From Gammaproteobacteria bacterium (GTDB lineage Bacteria; Pseudomonadota; Gammaproteobacteria; SZUA-152), in NCBI GenBank assembly GCA_024276955.1, contig JAJRWE010000044.1, positions 1 to 52,972 of the forward strand: a stretch of DNA of 52,972 nt. Direction: 5' to 3'. The notes under the pieces were generated by a model. That model did not search any database, was not told the DNA's origin, and saw nothing but the letters and a program-made list of their open reading frames with translations. Positions 27,756 to 38,384 of the stretch are shown one piece after another; the stretch's first letter is position 1, and each line of letters opens with the position of its first letter. A program made the position numbers and the translations under genes.

Positions 27756-28142
27756 CCGGCAATATGTTGCGGGGACCAATGTCGGGCAGGTTTCGGAATG
27801 AAAGCTGGCTGAGAGAGTCATGGTAATTTGATATAAATCATAAAGATAAATATATAACCTGAGAAAAAACATTAGAATATTGGCGTGCCCTGTTTATCGA
27901 GGAATGCCGATGGTGTTACTGGATGCTTTTAACGTGTTAGAAGGCCCGCGTGTAGAGAGACGTTTAGTGACACACGTTGGCAGCCTGAGGGGCGTTCCAT
28001 TCTGCGCTGTTTTCACGTAGAATACGCCGCCTTTAGCGGGCCGCCGTCCAGATGTATGGCGGTTTGTTGTTTGCGCAACTGTTTTAATTCTTGCGTTGAA
28101 GCAGTTTTAAACTATGAACTTATTTCGGGGAATGAAAACGTA

Positions 28143-28394
28143 ATGGTAACCATTCGTTTATCTCGTGGCGGCGCCAAGAAGCGTCCTTTTTACCACATTG
28201 TAGTGACCGACAGCCGCAACAAGCGCGACGGTCGTTTTATCGAGCGCCTGGGTTTCTTCAACCCGGTGGCGCGTGGCGCGGAAGAGACGCTGCGCATCGA
28301 CAACGAGCGCGTCGAACACTGGCTGTCCCAGGGTGCCAAGGTCTCTGATCGTGTCAGTCAACTGCTGAAACAGGGCGCGAAGGCGGCTGCCTGA
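28143..28394 (+). CDS. rpsP: 30S ribosomal protein S16
   Basis: [25 protein letters not shown]. Confidence 0.97.
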   Translation: MVTIRLSRGGAKKRPFYHIVVTDSRNKRDGRFIERLGFFNPVARGAEETLRIDNERVEHWLSQGAKVSDRVSQLLKQGAKAAA

Positions 28395-28422
28395 GTCTGA
28401 TTCTGGCGTATGACGCCGGTGG

Positions 28423-28959
28423 ATGTGGATGAGCAAGTCTGACCCGGCGTGGGTTACGGTTGGGCGCATCGGCGCCCCCTACGGGGTGAAGGGCTGGGTG
28501 AAGATTCAGTCCCATACCGAGATTCCCAGCAATATCCTCGACTACGATCCCTGGTATCTGCGGCCGGAAAAGGCCACGGATGCCGGTTGGTGCAAGGCCC
28601 GTCTCGACGAGGCGCGCGTGCACGGCAAGGGTATCGTGGCCAGGTTTTCCGGCTGCGACGACCGCGATGCCGCCGCCCTGATGCGCGGCCAAGAGATCGC
28701 GATTCGGCGCGAGCAGTTGCCAGCGGCGGAAGAGGGCGAGTATTACTGGATCGACCTGGTTGGCCTGCGTGTAGAGACTTTGGACGGCACCGAGCTGGGA
28801 CGTGTGGATCATCTCATGGCCACCGGCGCCAACGACGTGCTGGTGGTGAAGGGTGAGCGGCAACGGCTGATCCCCTTTGTGGCCGGGCACATCGTCAAGG
28901 ACGTTGACTTGGCTGGCGGTGTGATTCGTGTCGACTGGCAAGCCGATTATTTGGAATGA
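28423..28959 (+). CDS. rimM: Ribosome maturation factor RimM
   Basis: VGRIGAPYGVKGWVKI, EYYWIDLVGL, TGANDVLVV, RLIPF. Confidence 0.96.
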   Translation: MWMSKSDPAWVTVGRIGAPYGVKGWVKIQSHTEIPSNILDYDPWYLRPEKATDAGWCKARLDEARVHGKGIVARFSGCDDRDAAALMRGQEIAIRREQLPAAEEGEYYWIDLVGLRVETLDGTELGRVDHLMATGANDVLVVKGERQRLIPFVAGHIVKDVDLAGGVIRVDWQADYLE

Positions 28960-28971
28960 CCAGAGAATAGG

Positions 28972-29727
28972 ATGCGCATCGACGTCGTGACCCTGTTCCC
29001 GGAAATGCTGGATGCCGTGACGGAATCCGGCATCAGCGGCCGCGCCGTGGCGCGCGGCCTGCTGGAGGTGGCGCACTGGAATCCGCGCGACTACACCCGC
29101 GACCGGCACCGCACGGTGGATGATCGCTCCTACGGCGGCGGTCCCGGCATGGTGATGATGGTGGAACCGCTACGCGAGGCCATTCGTGCTGCGAAACGGC
29201 AGGCGCCGCAGGGCGCGCGGGTGATCCACCTCTCCCCACAGGGGCGGGTGCTGGATCAGGCGGGACTGCGAGAGCTGGCCGCACTGCCGGGCATGGTGCT
29301 GGTGGCGAGCCGCTACGAAGGCGTCGATGAGCGTCTGATCGCGGCCGAGATCGACCAGGAATGGTCCATCGGCGACTATGTGCTGAGCGGCGGCGAACTG
29401 GCCGCGATGGTGCTCATCGACGGCGTCACGCGGTTATTGCCGGGTGCACTGGGCCACGAGGATTCGGCCGAGCAGGACTCCTTCACGGACGGCCTGCTCG
29501 ATCACCCGCACTACACGCGGCCCGAGGTGATCGACGGTGAACCGGTGCCACCGGTGCTGCTCAGTGGCGACCATGCGGCGATTTGCCGCTGGCGTCGCAA
29601 GCAGGCATTAGGACGCACCTGGCTGCGCCGTCCGGAGCTGTTGCAGGGTATGCAGCTGGATGAGGAACAGCAACGGCTGTTGCAGGACTTTATCCATGAA
29701 TATGAGAATAGACACGAACAGAATTGA
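28972..29727 (+). CDS. trmD: tRNA (guanine37-N1)-methyltransferase
   Basis: [35 protein letters not shown]. Confidence 0.97.
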   Translation: MRIDVVTLFPEMLDAVTESGISGRAVARGLLEVAHWNPRDYTRDRHRTVDDRSYGGGPGMVMMVEPLREAIRAAKRQAPQGARVIHLSPQGRVLDQAGLRELAALPGMVLVASRYEGVDERLIAAEIDQEWSIGDYVLSGGELAAMVLIDGVTRLLPGALGHEDSAEQDSFTDGLLDHPHYTRPEVIDGEPVPPVLLSGDHAAICRWRRKQALGRTWLRRPELLQGMQLDEEQQRLLQDFIHEYENRHEQN

Positions 29728-29780
29728 GTAACAATGTGAATAAAGCGGTATAATCCGCCGCAAATATAGTGGAGCAGATC

Positions 29781-30125
29781 ATGAGCAATATCATTAAAGA
29801 ACTCGAAGCCGAGCAGATGAGCAAGGAAATTCCGGAGTTTGGCCCGGGCGACACGGTCATCGTTCAGGTCAAGGTCAAGGAAGGCACCCGCGAGCGCCTG
29901 CAGGCCTATGAAGGCGTGGTGATTGCCAAGCGCAACCGCGGCCTTAACTCTTCTTTCACCGTGCGCAAGATTTCCCATGGCGAAGGCGTCGAGCGCGTGT
30001 TTCAGACCTACAGCCCGATGGTGAGTGAAATCGAAGTCAAGCGTCGTGGCGACGTGCGTCGCGCCAAGCTGTATTACCTGCGTGGCTTGCAGGGCAAGGC
30101 TGCGCGCATCAAGGAAAAGCTCTAA
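29781..30125 (+). CDS. rplS: 50S ribosomal protein L19
   Basis: [31 protein letters not shown]. Confidence 0.97.
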   Translation: MSNIIKELEAEQMSKEIPEFGPGDTVIVQVKVKEGTRERLQAYEGVVIAKRNRGLNSSFTVRKISHGEGVERVFQTYSPMVSEIEVKRRGDVRRAKLYYLRGLQGKAARIKEKL

Positions 30126-30188
30126 GCTCGAGGTCGGTTGGCTCGTGGCGAGGATGCATAGCCTCTTGTCTGCCAGCGAAACCGTTTG

Positions 30189-30238
30189 CAGTACTCTCCA
30201 TGACAGTACTCTCTATGACGGCACTCTCCATGACAGTA
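30189..30238 (+). repeat. 15-bp tandem repeat, about 3.3 copies
   Basis: CAGTACTCTCCATGA / CAGTACTCTCTATGA / CGGCACTCTCCATGA / CAGTA. Confidence 0.75.
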
Positions 30239-30251
30239 ATACGATTACAGT

Positions 30252-30286
30252 AAAAACGCGCCCGGTTTGTGCCGGGCGTTTTTTTG
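30252..30286 (+). terminator. Intrinsic terminator of the rpsP operon
   Basis: CGCCCGG-TTTGTG-CCGGGCG followed by TTTTTTT. Confidence 0.85.
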
Positions 30287-30323
30287 TCCCGGTTTTGTGG
30301 GTCGATGTGGGGGCTGCTGAGTG

Positions 30324-30809
30324 ATGTCAGCACCCGAAAACTTTTCCGCTATCATTCCGCTGTCCCTGTTGCCGGACGACTGGATGCTGGGCATCCGGAC
30401 CACTGCCCAGGGATTGAGCGGCATAGAGTTCCTGCCCCTGCAGCGCGAGGTCGTCCCGGCGACGCTGCTGGCGAGACGGGCTGTGTCACAGCTCGAAAAC
30501 TACTTTGCAGACCCCGAATGGATGTTTGATCTGCCACTGGATCTGCAGGGTAGCAAATTTCAGTTACGGGTCTGGCGACGTTTGGGCGAGATTCCGGCCG
30601 GCCGACCGTTGAGCTACGGTGAGCTTGCGACCGGCATCGGCAGTGGTGCGCGCGCGGTGGGCAATGCCTGCCGCAGAAATCCCGTGCCGCTGGTGCTGCC
30701 CTGTCACCGCGTAGTGGCGAAGTCCGGGCTGGGTGGTTTTGCCGGTAGCACACGGGGTGGATTCATGCCCATCAAGCAGGCCCTGCTGGCCCATGAGTCG
30801 CAGCACTGA
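30324..30809 (+). CDS. ogt: Methylated-DNA--protein-cysteine methyltransferase
   Basis: SYGELA, ARAVGNAC..NP, PCHRV active site. Confidence 0.93.
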   Translation: MSAPENFSAIIPLSLLPDDWMLGIRTTAQGLSGIEFLPLQREVVPATLLARRAVSQLENYFADPEWMFDLPLDLQGSKFQLRVWRRLGEIPAGRPLSYGELATGIGSGARAVGNACRRNPVPLVLPCHRVVAKSGLGGFAGSTRGGFMPIKQALLAHESQH

Positions 30810-31713
30810 AACGGCGCTGGCCGCCAGCGAACAGGTGGAAATCGAGCGTTTTCTCGATGCCCTGTGGATGGAACGGGGTCTGAGCGCCAATACCCTGTCG
30901 GCCTACCGGCGGGATCTGGAAGGCTTTACGCGCTGGCTGATGACTCAGGACGGCGAGCTGTTGCAGGCCGGGCGCGGCCAGCTGCAGGACTTTCTTGCCT
31001 GGCGGCACCAGGCTGGCAGCCAGCCCCGCAGCATCGCCCGGCAGCTCTCGTGTCTGCGGTGCTTTTACCGATTTTCCGTTCGAGAAGGCCGCGTACAGCA
31101 GGATCCGACGGCGCGCATCGATGCACCAAAGGTCGGGCGCCCGCTGCCGGAGGCGTTGACCGAGGCCGACGTCGAGGCCCTGCTGGCGGCGCCACAGATC
31201 GATGATATGCTGGGTCTACGCGACCGGGCCATGCTGGAGCTGTTGTACGCCACCGGCCTGCGGGTCTCCGAGCTGGTAAACCTGAAGCTGGGGGAGGTCA
31301 ACACGCGCCAGGGTGTGCTGCGCACCCAGGGCAAGGGTGGCAAGGTGCGGCTGGTGCCACTCGGCGAAGAGGCGCTGGACTGGCTGGCGCGGTATCTGTC
31401 GACGGCCCGGCCGGCGTTGCTCAAGGGACGGCAGTGTGATGCCATCTTTGTTACCCGGCGCGGCGGGCCGCTGACGCGACAGGCCTTCTGGTATCTCATC
31501 AAGCGCCATGCGCAGCAGGCCGGTATACGCAAGCATCTATCACCGCACACCCTGCGCCACAGCTTCGCCACCCACCTGCTCAATCACGGCGCCGACCTGC
31601 GTGTGGTACAGATGCTGCTCGGCCACAGTGACTTGTCCACTACGCAAATTTATACTCACGTGGCCAATGAGCGACTGAAAGAGCTGCACGCGGCGCATCA
31701 CCCGCGTGGCTGA
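30793..31713 (+). CDS. xerD: Tyrosine recombinase XerD
   Basis: ERGLSANTLSAYRRDL, RDRAMLELLYATGLRVSEL, TRQAFW, SPHTLRHSFATHLLNHGADLRVVQMLLGHSDLSTTQIY. Confidence 0.96.
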   Translation: MSRSTETALAASEQVEIERFLDALWMERGLSANTLSAYRRDLEGFTRWLMTQDGELLQAGRGQLQDFLAWRHQAGSQPRSIARQLSCLRCFYRFSVREGRVQQDPTARIDAPKVGRPLPEALTEADVEALLAAPQIDDMLGLRDRAMLELLYATGLRVSELVNLKLGEVNTRQGVLRTQGKGGKVRLVPLGEEALDWLARYLSTARPALLKGRQCDAIFVTRRGGPLTRQAFWYLIKRHAQQAGIRKHLSPHTLRHSFATHLLNHGADLRVVQMLLGHSDLSTTQIYTHVANERLKELHAAHHPRG

Positions 31714-31747
31714 TGCTCGATGAACAGATACAGATAGGGGATTTGTT

Positions 31748-32230
31748 ATGCCGTCTTTTGATGTGGTTTCCGAAGTGGATATGCACGAGCTGAGCAATGC
31801 CGTGGATCAGGCCAATCGCGAAGTGAATACCCGTTTTGATTTCAAAGGTGCGGATGCCCATTTTGAAGTGTCGGGCACCGAGATCACACTTGCCGCGGAA
31901 AACGAATTCCAATTGCAGCAGATGATGGATATTTTGCAGAAAAAGATGGTCAAACGCGGCGTGGATATCGGTTGTCTCGATATCGGCGAGCCTGAGAGCA
32001 GTGGCATCCGTGCCAAACAGAAAGTCACCGTGAGGCAGGGCGTGGACAAGGACGCAGCGCGCAAGATCGTCAAGCTAATCAAGGAGATGAAGCTCAAGGT
32101 GCAGGCGGCGATACAGGGTGAGCAGGTGCGCGTCACGGCGAAAAAGCGCGACGACCTGCAGCAGGTGATGGCCATGCTGCGTGAACAGACGCTGGATTTG
32201 CCGCTGCAATTTACCAACTTCAGGGATTAA
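31748..32230 (+). CDS. yajQ: YajQ-family nucleotide-binding protein
   Basis: [37 protein letters not shown]. Confidence 0.95.
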   Translation: MPSFDVVSEVDMHELSNAVDQANREVNTRFDFKGADAHFEVSGTEITLAAENEFQLQQMMDILQKKMVKRGVDIGCLDIGEPESSGIRAKQKVTVRQGVDKDAARKIVKLIKEMKLKVQAAIQGEQVRVTAKKRDDLQQVMAMLREQTLDLPLQFTNFRD

Positions 32231-32300
32231 CAACACAACACCCCGATGGCTTGCCGCAGGGTATTTTATCTATACAGCCGAGTGCTGACGAGGAAGATGA

Positions 32301-33047
32301 ATGAATAACATGACACGAAGGATACGGCTGGCTTTTCTGGCTCTGCCTCTGGTGATGATGGCGGCCGGGAGCAATGTCTCCGCAGACGAGAAAGAAGACC
32401 TGGCGACGGTAAGGGCGGCATTGAAGGCCGCAGTACCGCAGTCCACCCCCGACAGCCTCACGGCCTCTCCCTTCCCCGGCATGTACGAAGCTGTTTTTGG
32501 TTCGCAGGTCCTCTACATCTCCAGTGACGGACGCTATCTGCTGGAAGGCGACCTGTTTGATCTGAAGACCCGAACGAATCTGTCGGAGGGCAAGCGTCAG
32601 GCGGGACGCGCCAAGGTGGTGAATGATATCGACCCCAAGACGATGATCGCCTTTGCGGCCGAGAATCCCAAGTACACGGTCAGCGTCTTTACCGATATCG
32701 ACTGTGGCTACTGCCGCAAACTGCACCGTGAAATGGCGGAATACAACAAACTGGGCATTACCATGCGCTATCTGGCCTTTCCTCGCTCGGGGGTGGATAC
32801 AGAGTCGTATCACAAGGCTGTATCTGTATGGTGTGCAGCAGACCGCAAGACGGCCATGACCGAGGCCAAATCGGGTGCGACACCCGCAAAGCGTGAGTGT
32901 GACAATCCGGTGCAGGAGCACATGGCCGCTGCCCGTGCCGTTGGCGTGACCGGCACCCCTACGCTGGTGCTGGATAGCGGGCGGGTTATTCCGGGCTATG
33001 TGGAGCCGCAGCGCCTGTTGCAGATGCTGGAGCAGCCCCAGGACTGA
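32301..33047 (+). CDS. dsbC: Thiol:disulfide isomerase DsbC
   Basis: Signal peptide, VFTDIDCGYCRKLH, AFPR, GTP cis-Pro loop. Confidence 0.94.
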   Translation: MNNMTRRIRLAFLALPLVMMAAGSNVSADEKEDLATVRAALKAAVPQSTPDSLTASPFPGMYEAVFGSQVLYISSDGRYLLEGDLFDLKTRTNLSEGKRQAGRAKVVNDIDPKTMIAFAAENPKYTVSVFTDIDCGYCRKLHREMAEYNKLGITMRYLAFPRSGVDTESYHKAVSVWCAADRKTAMTEAKSGATPAKRECDNPVQEHMAAARAVGVTGTPTLVLDSGRVIPGYVEPQRLLQMLEQPQD

Positions 33048-33228
33048 AGCGGAGGGCGGGCACTGCCGCATGCTGCGGAATACCCGTAAAACATCCGCTG
33101 ATAGATTCTTGCCCGAATCCGGATGTTTCATGAATTGATGAAATATCCGGGTGATCGTGCCTCAGCGGATTATTGGCCGGTTCTGTGCCGCAGATTCACG
33201 TCAAACGTCATCTCTGTGGCCTCGATTT

Positions 33229-33246
33229 TGTAGGAGTTTTCTGAAA
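33229..33246. promoter_or_regulatory. Possible GacA/LetA-type upstream activating box
   Basis: TGTAGGAGTTTTCTGAAA, an imperfect palindrome about 180 bp upstream of the GGA-rich RNA. Confidence 0.4.
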
Positions 33247-33424
33247 TATCTGTAATCCCCCAAGGGCACTATTTACGTCACTGCCGGGCATTGGTGAATT
33301 ACCGGCTTGTTTATATTGCAGAAAATGAAATTAAATCGACTGTTATCTGAAAGTTGTATTTAGGCTGCCTGTTTTGCCCCCCTTGTTAAGTCATTTTTCT
33401 CTGATATTCTTTTACTCAATTCTT

Positions 33425-33561
33425 CATTTGCCTTCGGGCAAACCAAGGATGACATCAGGGATGGCTACAGGGATAGTTCGTCGAAGGATCGACACGGTCA
33501 GGGATTGGCCGGCAAGGAGGTAACGAAGGCGGCTACCGGGACGGGCCGCCTTCACTTTTTT
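33425..33561 (+). ncRNA. CsrA/RsmA-sequestering sRNA (Rsm/CsrB-like); 5' end approximate
   Basis: Six AGGA/AGGGA motifs, several in hairpin loops (GTCG-AAGGAT-CGAC, GGTCA-GGGAT-TGGCC), then terminator GAAGGCGGC...GCCGCCTTC-TTTTTT. Confidence 0.8.
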
Positions 33562-33715
33562 CGGGTGTAAAAAATTCTGCAGTTTCGCTTCCTTGGTTAC
33601 GGGTTATTGATCAACCTACTCGTACAGTGGGCGATTCACATCCTACCCGCATTATACTGCAGCATCATTGGCGGAGCTTCGACGCGCAAATCCTGATGCT
33701 ACTGAGTCAGGCCAG

Positions 33716-34039
33716 TCAGCGCTCGAGATATTTCAGTTTACCGGGTTTGCCATCCCATTCCTTGGCATCGGGTGGGGGATCTTTCATTTCCGTGATCACC
33801 GGCCATCCTTTCGCCAGTTCGGCATTCAATTCCAGAAAGTGCTCCTGATCCTCCGGTACGTCATCTTCGGCAAAGATGGCCTCGGCCGGGCATTCAGGTA
33901 CGCAGAGGGTGCAGTCGATGCATTCCTCCGGATTGATGACCAGGAAATTGGGGCCTTCGTGGAAGCAGTCCACCGGGCAGACTTCCACGCAATCCGTGTA
34001 TTTACATTTGATGCAGTTTTCGGTGACGACGTAGGTCAT
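33716..34039 (-). CDS. fdxA: 7Fe ferredoxin (Azotobacter FdI type)
   Basis: [26 protein letters not shown]...[12 protein letters not shown]. Confidence 0.95.
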   Translation of the reverse strand: MTYVVTENCIKCKYTDCVEVCPVDCFHEGPNFLVINPEECIDCTLCVPECPAEAIFAEDDVPEDQEHFLELNAELAKGWPVITEMKDPPPDAKEWDGKPGKLKYLER

Positions 34040-34173
34040 GAAATTTCTCCGACTGGATGATGCGCGGCGGTAATCACGAGTGGATAGTGTAAAGGGTACT
34101 TCAAATTTTGAGAAGCGCCCTGTAGCCTGTGGCAGAAAATCGGCAGTGATTTGATATTTGGCGGGGAGATGAT

Positions 34174-35532
34174 ATGAAAAGGTGTTTTGTGCGCGGTTTG
34201 TTGGTCCTGTTTTGCACCCTGATGCTGGCGGCCTGCGGGAAAGACGCCCCGCCGCGAGAATGGGTGCCGGGCTGGCAGCAGGGTACCAATACGCTGGTGA
34301 GCCGCTCCGGTGCGGCTGCGCTGGAGGTCAACGGGGTCATTCACCTCATCGGCGGGGTAGACGGTCGTGAATTCCGTGCCAGTTCAGAGTATGCCCGTAT
34401 CCTGCCCGACGGCAGCCTGTCTGATTGGCAGCCGGGCCCCTCCCTCAATGTGGAGCGGGGTTTCTTCACCGCCACGGTGAGCGGTAACCATGTCTATGTC
34501 GCCGGCGGGGGACGTGGTCCCAATGGCAATATCCAGCTCACCTCGGTGGAGCGTGCGGAGATCATGCCTGACGGTACACTCGGCCCCTGGCAGCTGGAAA
34601 AACATGAGCTGAATGTCAAACGACGCTGCTCGCGTCTGCTGGTGCTGGGTAGCCACATCTACGCCTTTGGTGGTTTCGGCGGCATTCTTCTGGACACGGT
34701 GGAAAGCGCCGAGATTCTGCCTGATGGCTCGCTGGACGAGTGGCTGGTGCTGGACGAACGCATGACGGTGCCACGCTACATCTCCGGCTCCATCGTGGCC
34801 GCTGAGCACACCTATCTGATCGGTGGCCACGACAAGGTGCGCGGGGTGGGCATCAAAAATGTGGAATGGAGCCACGAGACGGCCGGCGAACCGGGCTTTC
34901 TCGATCCCTGGCAGCCCACCGCCGAATTGGTCACCGGCCGTTACGGGTTGGAAGTGGCGCGTCACGGCAACTACATCTACGCTTTTGGTGGACTTGATGG
35001 CGCACGTTACCTCGACAGTGTCGAAAAGGGCCGCCTCAAGCCCGACGGTGGTATCGAGAGCTGGGCCGAGACCACGCCCATGGCCTCGCCGCGCGAGGGC
35101 ATGAACATCATCGTCAAGGGGGATCACATCTACGTCATCGGCGGCGGCAACCTGCAGGGCTACCCCGGCAGCGTGGAATACGCCACCTTCGATGCCAATG
35201 GTGACATTGGTTTCTGGGCCATACCGGAGGAGGCGAAGAAGCACCGTGAGGCCATCGCTGCGCGCGAGGCGGCCAGGGCCATCCTGCCCAACGAGGCGGT
35301 GATCGTGGAGAATCTCCAGACTGCCAGCTATTCCTATTTGCAGGTGCAGCGTGACGATGGTGCCGTGGCCTGGCTGGCCGGGCCGCGCACGGATCTGCCC
35401 AAGGGCAGCCGTGTGCAGTTTGCCGACGGTGTGTTCATGTCCAATTTCTACAGCAAGGAACTCAAGCGCAATTTTCCCGCTATCATGTTCATTGGTGAGA
35501 TCCGGCCGGCGACGGCGAAAGAGGGCGCATAA
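34174..35532 (+). CDS. Kelch-repeat beta-propeller lipoprotein with C-terminal NrfJ-like small domain
   Basis: Lipobox LAAC; six Kelch repeats (IYAFGG...VE.A...G.L..W); C-terminal YSYLQV...WLAGP...[16 protein letters not shown]. Confidence 0.8.
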   Translation: MKRCFVRGLLVLFCTLMLAACGKDAPPREWVPGWQQGTNTLVSRSGAAALEVNGVIHLIGGVDGREFRASSEYARILPDGSLSDWQPGPSLNVERGFFTATVSGNHVYVAGGGRGPNGNIQLTSVERAEIMPDGTLGPWQLEKHELNVKRRCSRLLVLGSHIYAFGGFGGILLDTVESAEILPDGSLDEWLVLDERMTVPRYISGSIVAAEHTYLIGGHDKVRGVGIKNVEWSHETAGEPGFLDPWQPTAELVTGRYGLEVARHGNYIYAFGGLDGARYLDSVEKGRLKPDGGIESWAETTPMASPREGMNIIVKGDHIYVIGGGNLQGYPGSVEYATFDANGDIGFWAIPEEAKKHREAIAAREAARAILPNEAVIVENLQTASYSYLQVQRDDGAVAWLAGPRTDLPKGSRVQFADGVFMSNFYSKELKRNFPAIMFIGEIRPATAKEGA

Positions 35533-35595
35533 ACAAACTCGGATTTCAGCTTTATCGGACCAAAACCATCGACCATGCAGTCGTCACCCCCCAGC

Positions 35596-38193
35596 CTATC
35601 TGGAAGAATTCAACAGCTCACGCAGACGGTAGAGGGCGTCCAGAGCCTGACGTGGGGTGAGGTCGTCGGGGTTGGTCTCGCGCAGGGCATCGAGTGCGGG
35701 AGAAGGGGGTTCGTGGGACTCTTCGGCGAACAGGGAAAACTGCTGCGCGGCGGGTGCTGCGGACTGTTCGCGCAGGCTCTGGGCTTCCAGTTGCAGCAGG
35801 TGTTCGCGGGCGCGTTCGATGACGGTGGGCGGCACGCCGGCCAGAGCCGCCACCTGCAGACCATAACTTTGATTAGCCGGCCCTTCCTTGACCGTGTGCA
35901 TGAAGACGATGCCATCGCCGTGTTCGACGGCATCGAGGTGCACGTTGGCCACGTTGCCCAGTGTCTCGGGCAGGGTGGTGAGTTCGAAATAGTGGGTGGC
36001 GAAAAGGGTGAAGGCTTTGACCTCGCGGGCCAGTTGCTCGGCGCAGGCCCAGGCCAGCGACAGGCCGTCGAAGGTCGATGTGCCGCGGCCCACCTCGTCC
36101 ATCAGCACCAGGCTGCGTTCGCTGGCGTTATGCAGGATGTTCGCCGTCTCGGTCATTTCCACCATGAAGGTGGAGCGGCCGCCGGCGAGGTCATCGGAGG
36201 CGCCGATACGGGTGAAGATACGGTCGAAGGGGCCGATCACTGCGCGGCTGGCGGGCACGAAACTGCCGACGTGGGCAAGCAGGGTGATCAGCGCGGTCTG
36301 GCGCATGTAGGTGGATTTACCGCCCATGTTGGGGCCGGTGATGATTAGCATGCGGCGCTGTTCGTCGAAGCGCACGTCGTTGGCAATGAACGGGTCGTCC
36401 AGCACTTTCTCCACCACCGGGTGACGACCGCCTTCGATCAAAAGACCGGCTCTGTCGGTCATTTCCGGCTGACACAGGTTGAGGCTCTCCGCGCGTTCTG
36501 ACAGGTTGGCCAGGGCATCCAGTTCGGCCAGTGCCGCCGCCGAGTCCTGCAGGGCGGGCAGGTATTCCGCCAGATAATCGAACAATTCCTCATACAGTGA
36601 CTTTTCGCGCGCCAGGGCACGTTCACTGGCGCTCAGGGCCTTGTCTTCGAAGGCCTTGAGTTCGGGAGTAATGTAGCGCTCCGCACCTTTCAATGTCTGT
36701 CGGCGGACATAGTCGGCGGGTACCCTGTCGGCGTGAATACGGCTGATTTCGATGTAATAGCCGTGCACGCGGTTGTAGGCCACTTTCAGTGCGCTAATGC
36801 CGGTGCGTTTGCGTTCGCGGGTTTCCAGGTCTAACAAGAACTGTCCGGCGTCTTTTTTGATCGAGCGCAATTCATCCAGCTCTTCGTCGAAGCCGGGGGC
36901 GATGACGCCACCGTCGCGGATCAGTACCGGCGGCTCTTCGATGACGGCGCGGACGAGTAATTGGTGCAGTTCGGGGTATTCGCCGATGCGGGCGTCGATG
37001 CCTTCCAGCGTGAGGCAGTCCTGGCCGGTGAAAATACCGGTGAGTGTGCTGCGCAGGCCGGGCAGGCGGCCAAGGGTGGTGCGCAGTTGGGCGAAATCAC
37101 GCGGTCGTGCGCTGCGGATGGCGATGCGGGCGAGGATGCGTTCAATATCACCGACACTGCGCAGGGTTTCCTGCAGGCCTTCGAAGTGCCGCTGTTCCAG
37201 CAGTACCGCCACGGCCTGATGGCGCTGGCGCAGTTGTGAGTGGTCGGCCAGCGGGCGATTGATCCAGCGCCGTAGCAGGCGGCTGCCCATGGGCGTGCTG
37301 GTGCGGTCCATGACCCAGGCGAGGGTGTGTTCGCGGCCACCGCTGAGGTTACTTTCCAGTTCCAGATTGCGGCGACTGGCGGCGTCCAGCACGATGCTGT
37401 CTTCGCGGCGTTCGACGTGCAGGGCGCGGATGTGCGGCAGGGCGGTACGCTGGGTGTCCTTGACATATTGCAATGCACAGCCGGCGCTGGCGACGGCAAG
37501 ACTAAGGCCATCGCAGCCGAAGCCGGACAGGTCACGGGTGCCGAATTGTTGGGTCAGCAGGCGCAGGGCGGTGTCCAGCTCGAAATGCCACGGTGCCTGA
37601 TTGCGCAACCCGCTGCGTTCGCCGTCGATGGGTACGGCGGCGTCTTCGTTGACCAGCAGTTCGGCCGGGTTCAGGCGTTCGATCTCACCATTCAGGGCCT
37701 CGCGCCCTTCCACTTCTGACACGGAAAAACGGCCGCTGGTGACGTCCAGCGCAGCGATGCCATAATGGCCATCTTCACCGGTGACGGCAACGACAAGGCT
37801 GTCGCGACGTTCCTCCAGCAGCGCCTCATCGGTGACCGTGCCGGGGGTAACGATGCGCATGACCTTGCGCTCCACCGGCCCCTTACTCTTGGCCGGGTCA
37901 CCGATCTGTTCGCAGATGGCAACGGATTCGCCCAAGCGCACCAATTTGGCGAGATAGCCATCGGCGGCATGGTAGGGGATGCCGGCCATGGGGATGGGTT
38001 CGCCATTGGACTTGCCGCGCGCGGTGAGGGTGATGTTCAGCAGGCGCGCGGCCTTGCGGGCATCGTCGAAGAACAGCTCGTAGAAATCGCCCATGCGGTA
38101 GAACAGCAGGGTGTCCGGGAAGTCGGCCTTGAGACGCAGAAATTGCTGCATCATGGGGGTGTGCTGGGATGTCTTTTTATTGTTAGCGGGCAT
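35596..38193 (-). CDS. mutS: DNA mismatch repair protein MutS
   Basis: [50 protein letters not shown]. Confidence 0.98.
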   Translation of the reverse strand: MPANNKKTSQHTPMMQQFLRLKADFPDTLLFYRMGDFYELFFDDARKAARLLNITLTARGKSNGEPIPMAGIPYHAADGYLAKLVRLGESVAICEQIGDPAKSKGPVERKVMRIVTPGTVTDEALLEERRDSLVVAVTGEDGHYGIAALDVTSGRFSVSEVEGREALNGEIERLNPAELLVNEDAAVPIDGERSGLRNQAPWHFELDTALRLLTQQFGTRDLSGFGCDGLSLAVASAGCALQYVKDTQRTALPHIRALHVERREDSIVLDAASRRNLELESNLSGGREHTLAWVMDRTSTPMGSRLLRRWINRPLADHSQLRQRHQAVAVLLEQRHFEGLQETLRSVGDIERILARIAIRSARPRDFAQLRTTLGRLPGLRSTLTGIFTGQDCLTLEGIDARIGEYPELHQLLVRAVIEEPPVLIRDGGVIAPGFDEELDELRSIKKDAGQFLLDLETRERKRTGISALKVAYNRVHGYYIEISRIHADRVPADYVRRQTLKGAERYITPELKAFEDKALSASERALAREKSLYEELFDYLAEYLPALQDSAAALAELDALANLSERAESLNLCQPEMTDRAGLLIEGGRHPVVEKVLDDPFIANDVRFDEQRRMLIITGPNMGGKSTYMRQTALITLLAHVGSFVPASRAVIGPFDRIFTRIGASDDLAGGRSTFMVEMTETANILHNASERSLVLMDEVGRGTSTFDGLSLAWACAEQLAREVKAFTLFATHYFELTTLPETLGNVANVHLDAVEHGDGIVFMHTVKEGPANQSYGLQVAALAGVPPTVIERAREHLLQLEAQSLREQSAAPAAQQFSLFAEESHEPPSPALDALRETNPDDLTPRQALDALYRLRELLNSSR

Positions 38194-38354
38194 AGTTTTT
38201 TGTATAAGGGCAGCGGGTAGTTTGCATTTTCTAACAGATGCGACTGCTTCGGCGTGATCTTTGTTTCTCGCAGAAGCAGGTTGTCACTACGGAAGTCTAT
38301 TGCCCTGCCGGGGTAGTCTATTCCGAAGTTTTTGTGTTTTATTGGGGCACGACA

Positions 38355-38378
38355 TCGCGGGCATGGCCCGCTCCTACA
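38355..38378 (-). repeat. Single REP (GTAG family)
   Basis: Reverse complement reads TGTAGGAGCGGGCCATGCCCGCGA; same architecture as the REP at 25721. Confidence 0.65.
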
Positions 38379-38384
38379 ATAGCC

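Noticed and set aside
30793-31713. xerD as a mobile-element integrase
   Set aside because: Canonical XerD sequence in its usual rplS/dsbC neighbourhood.
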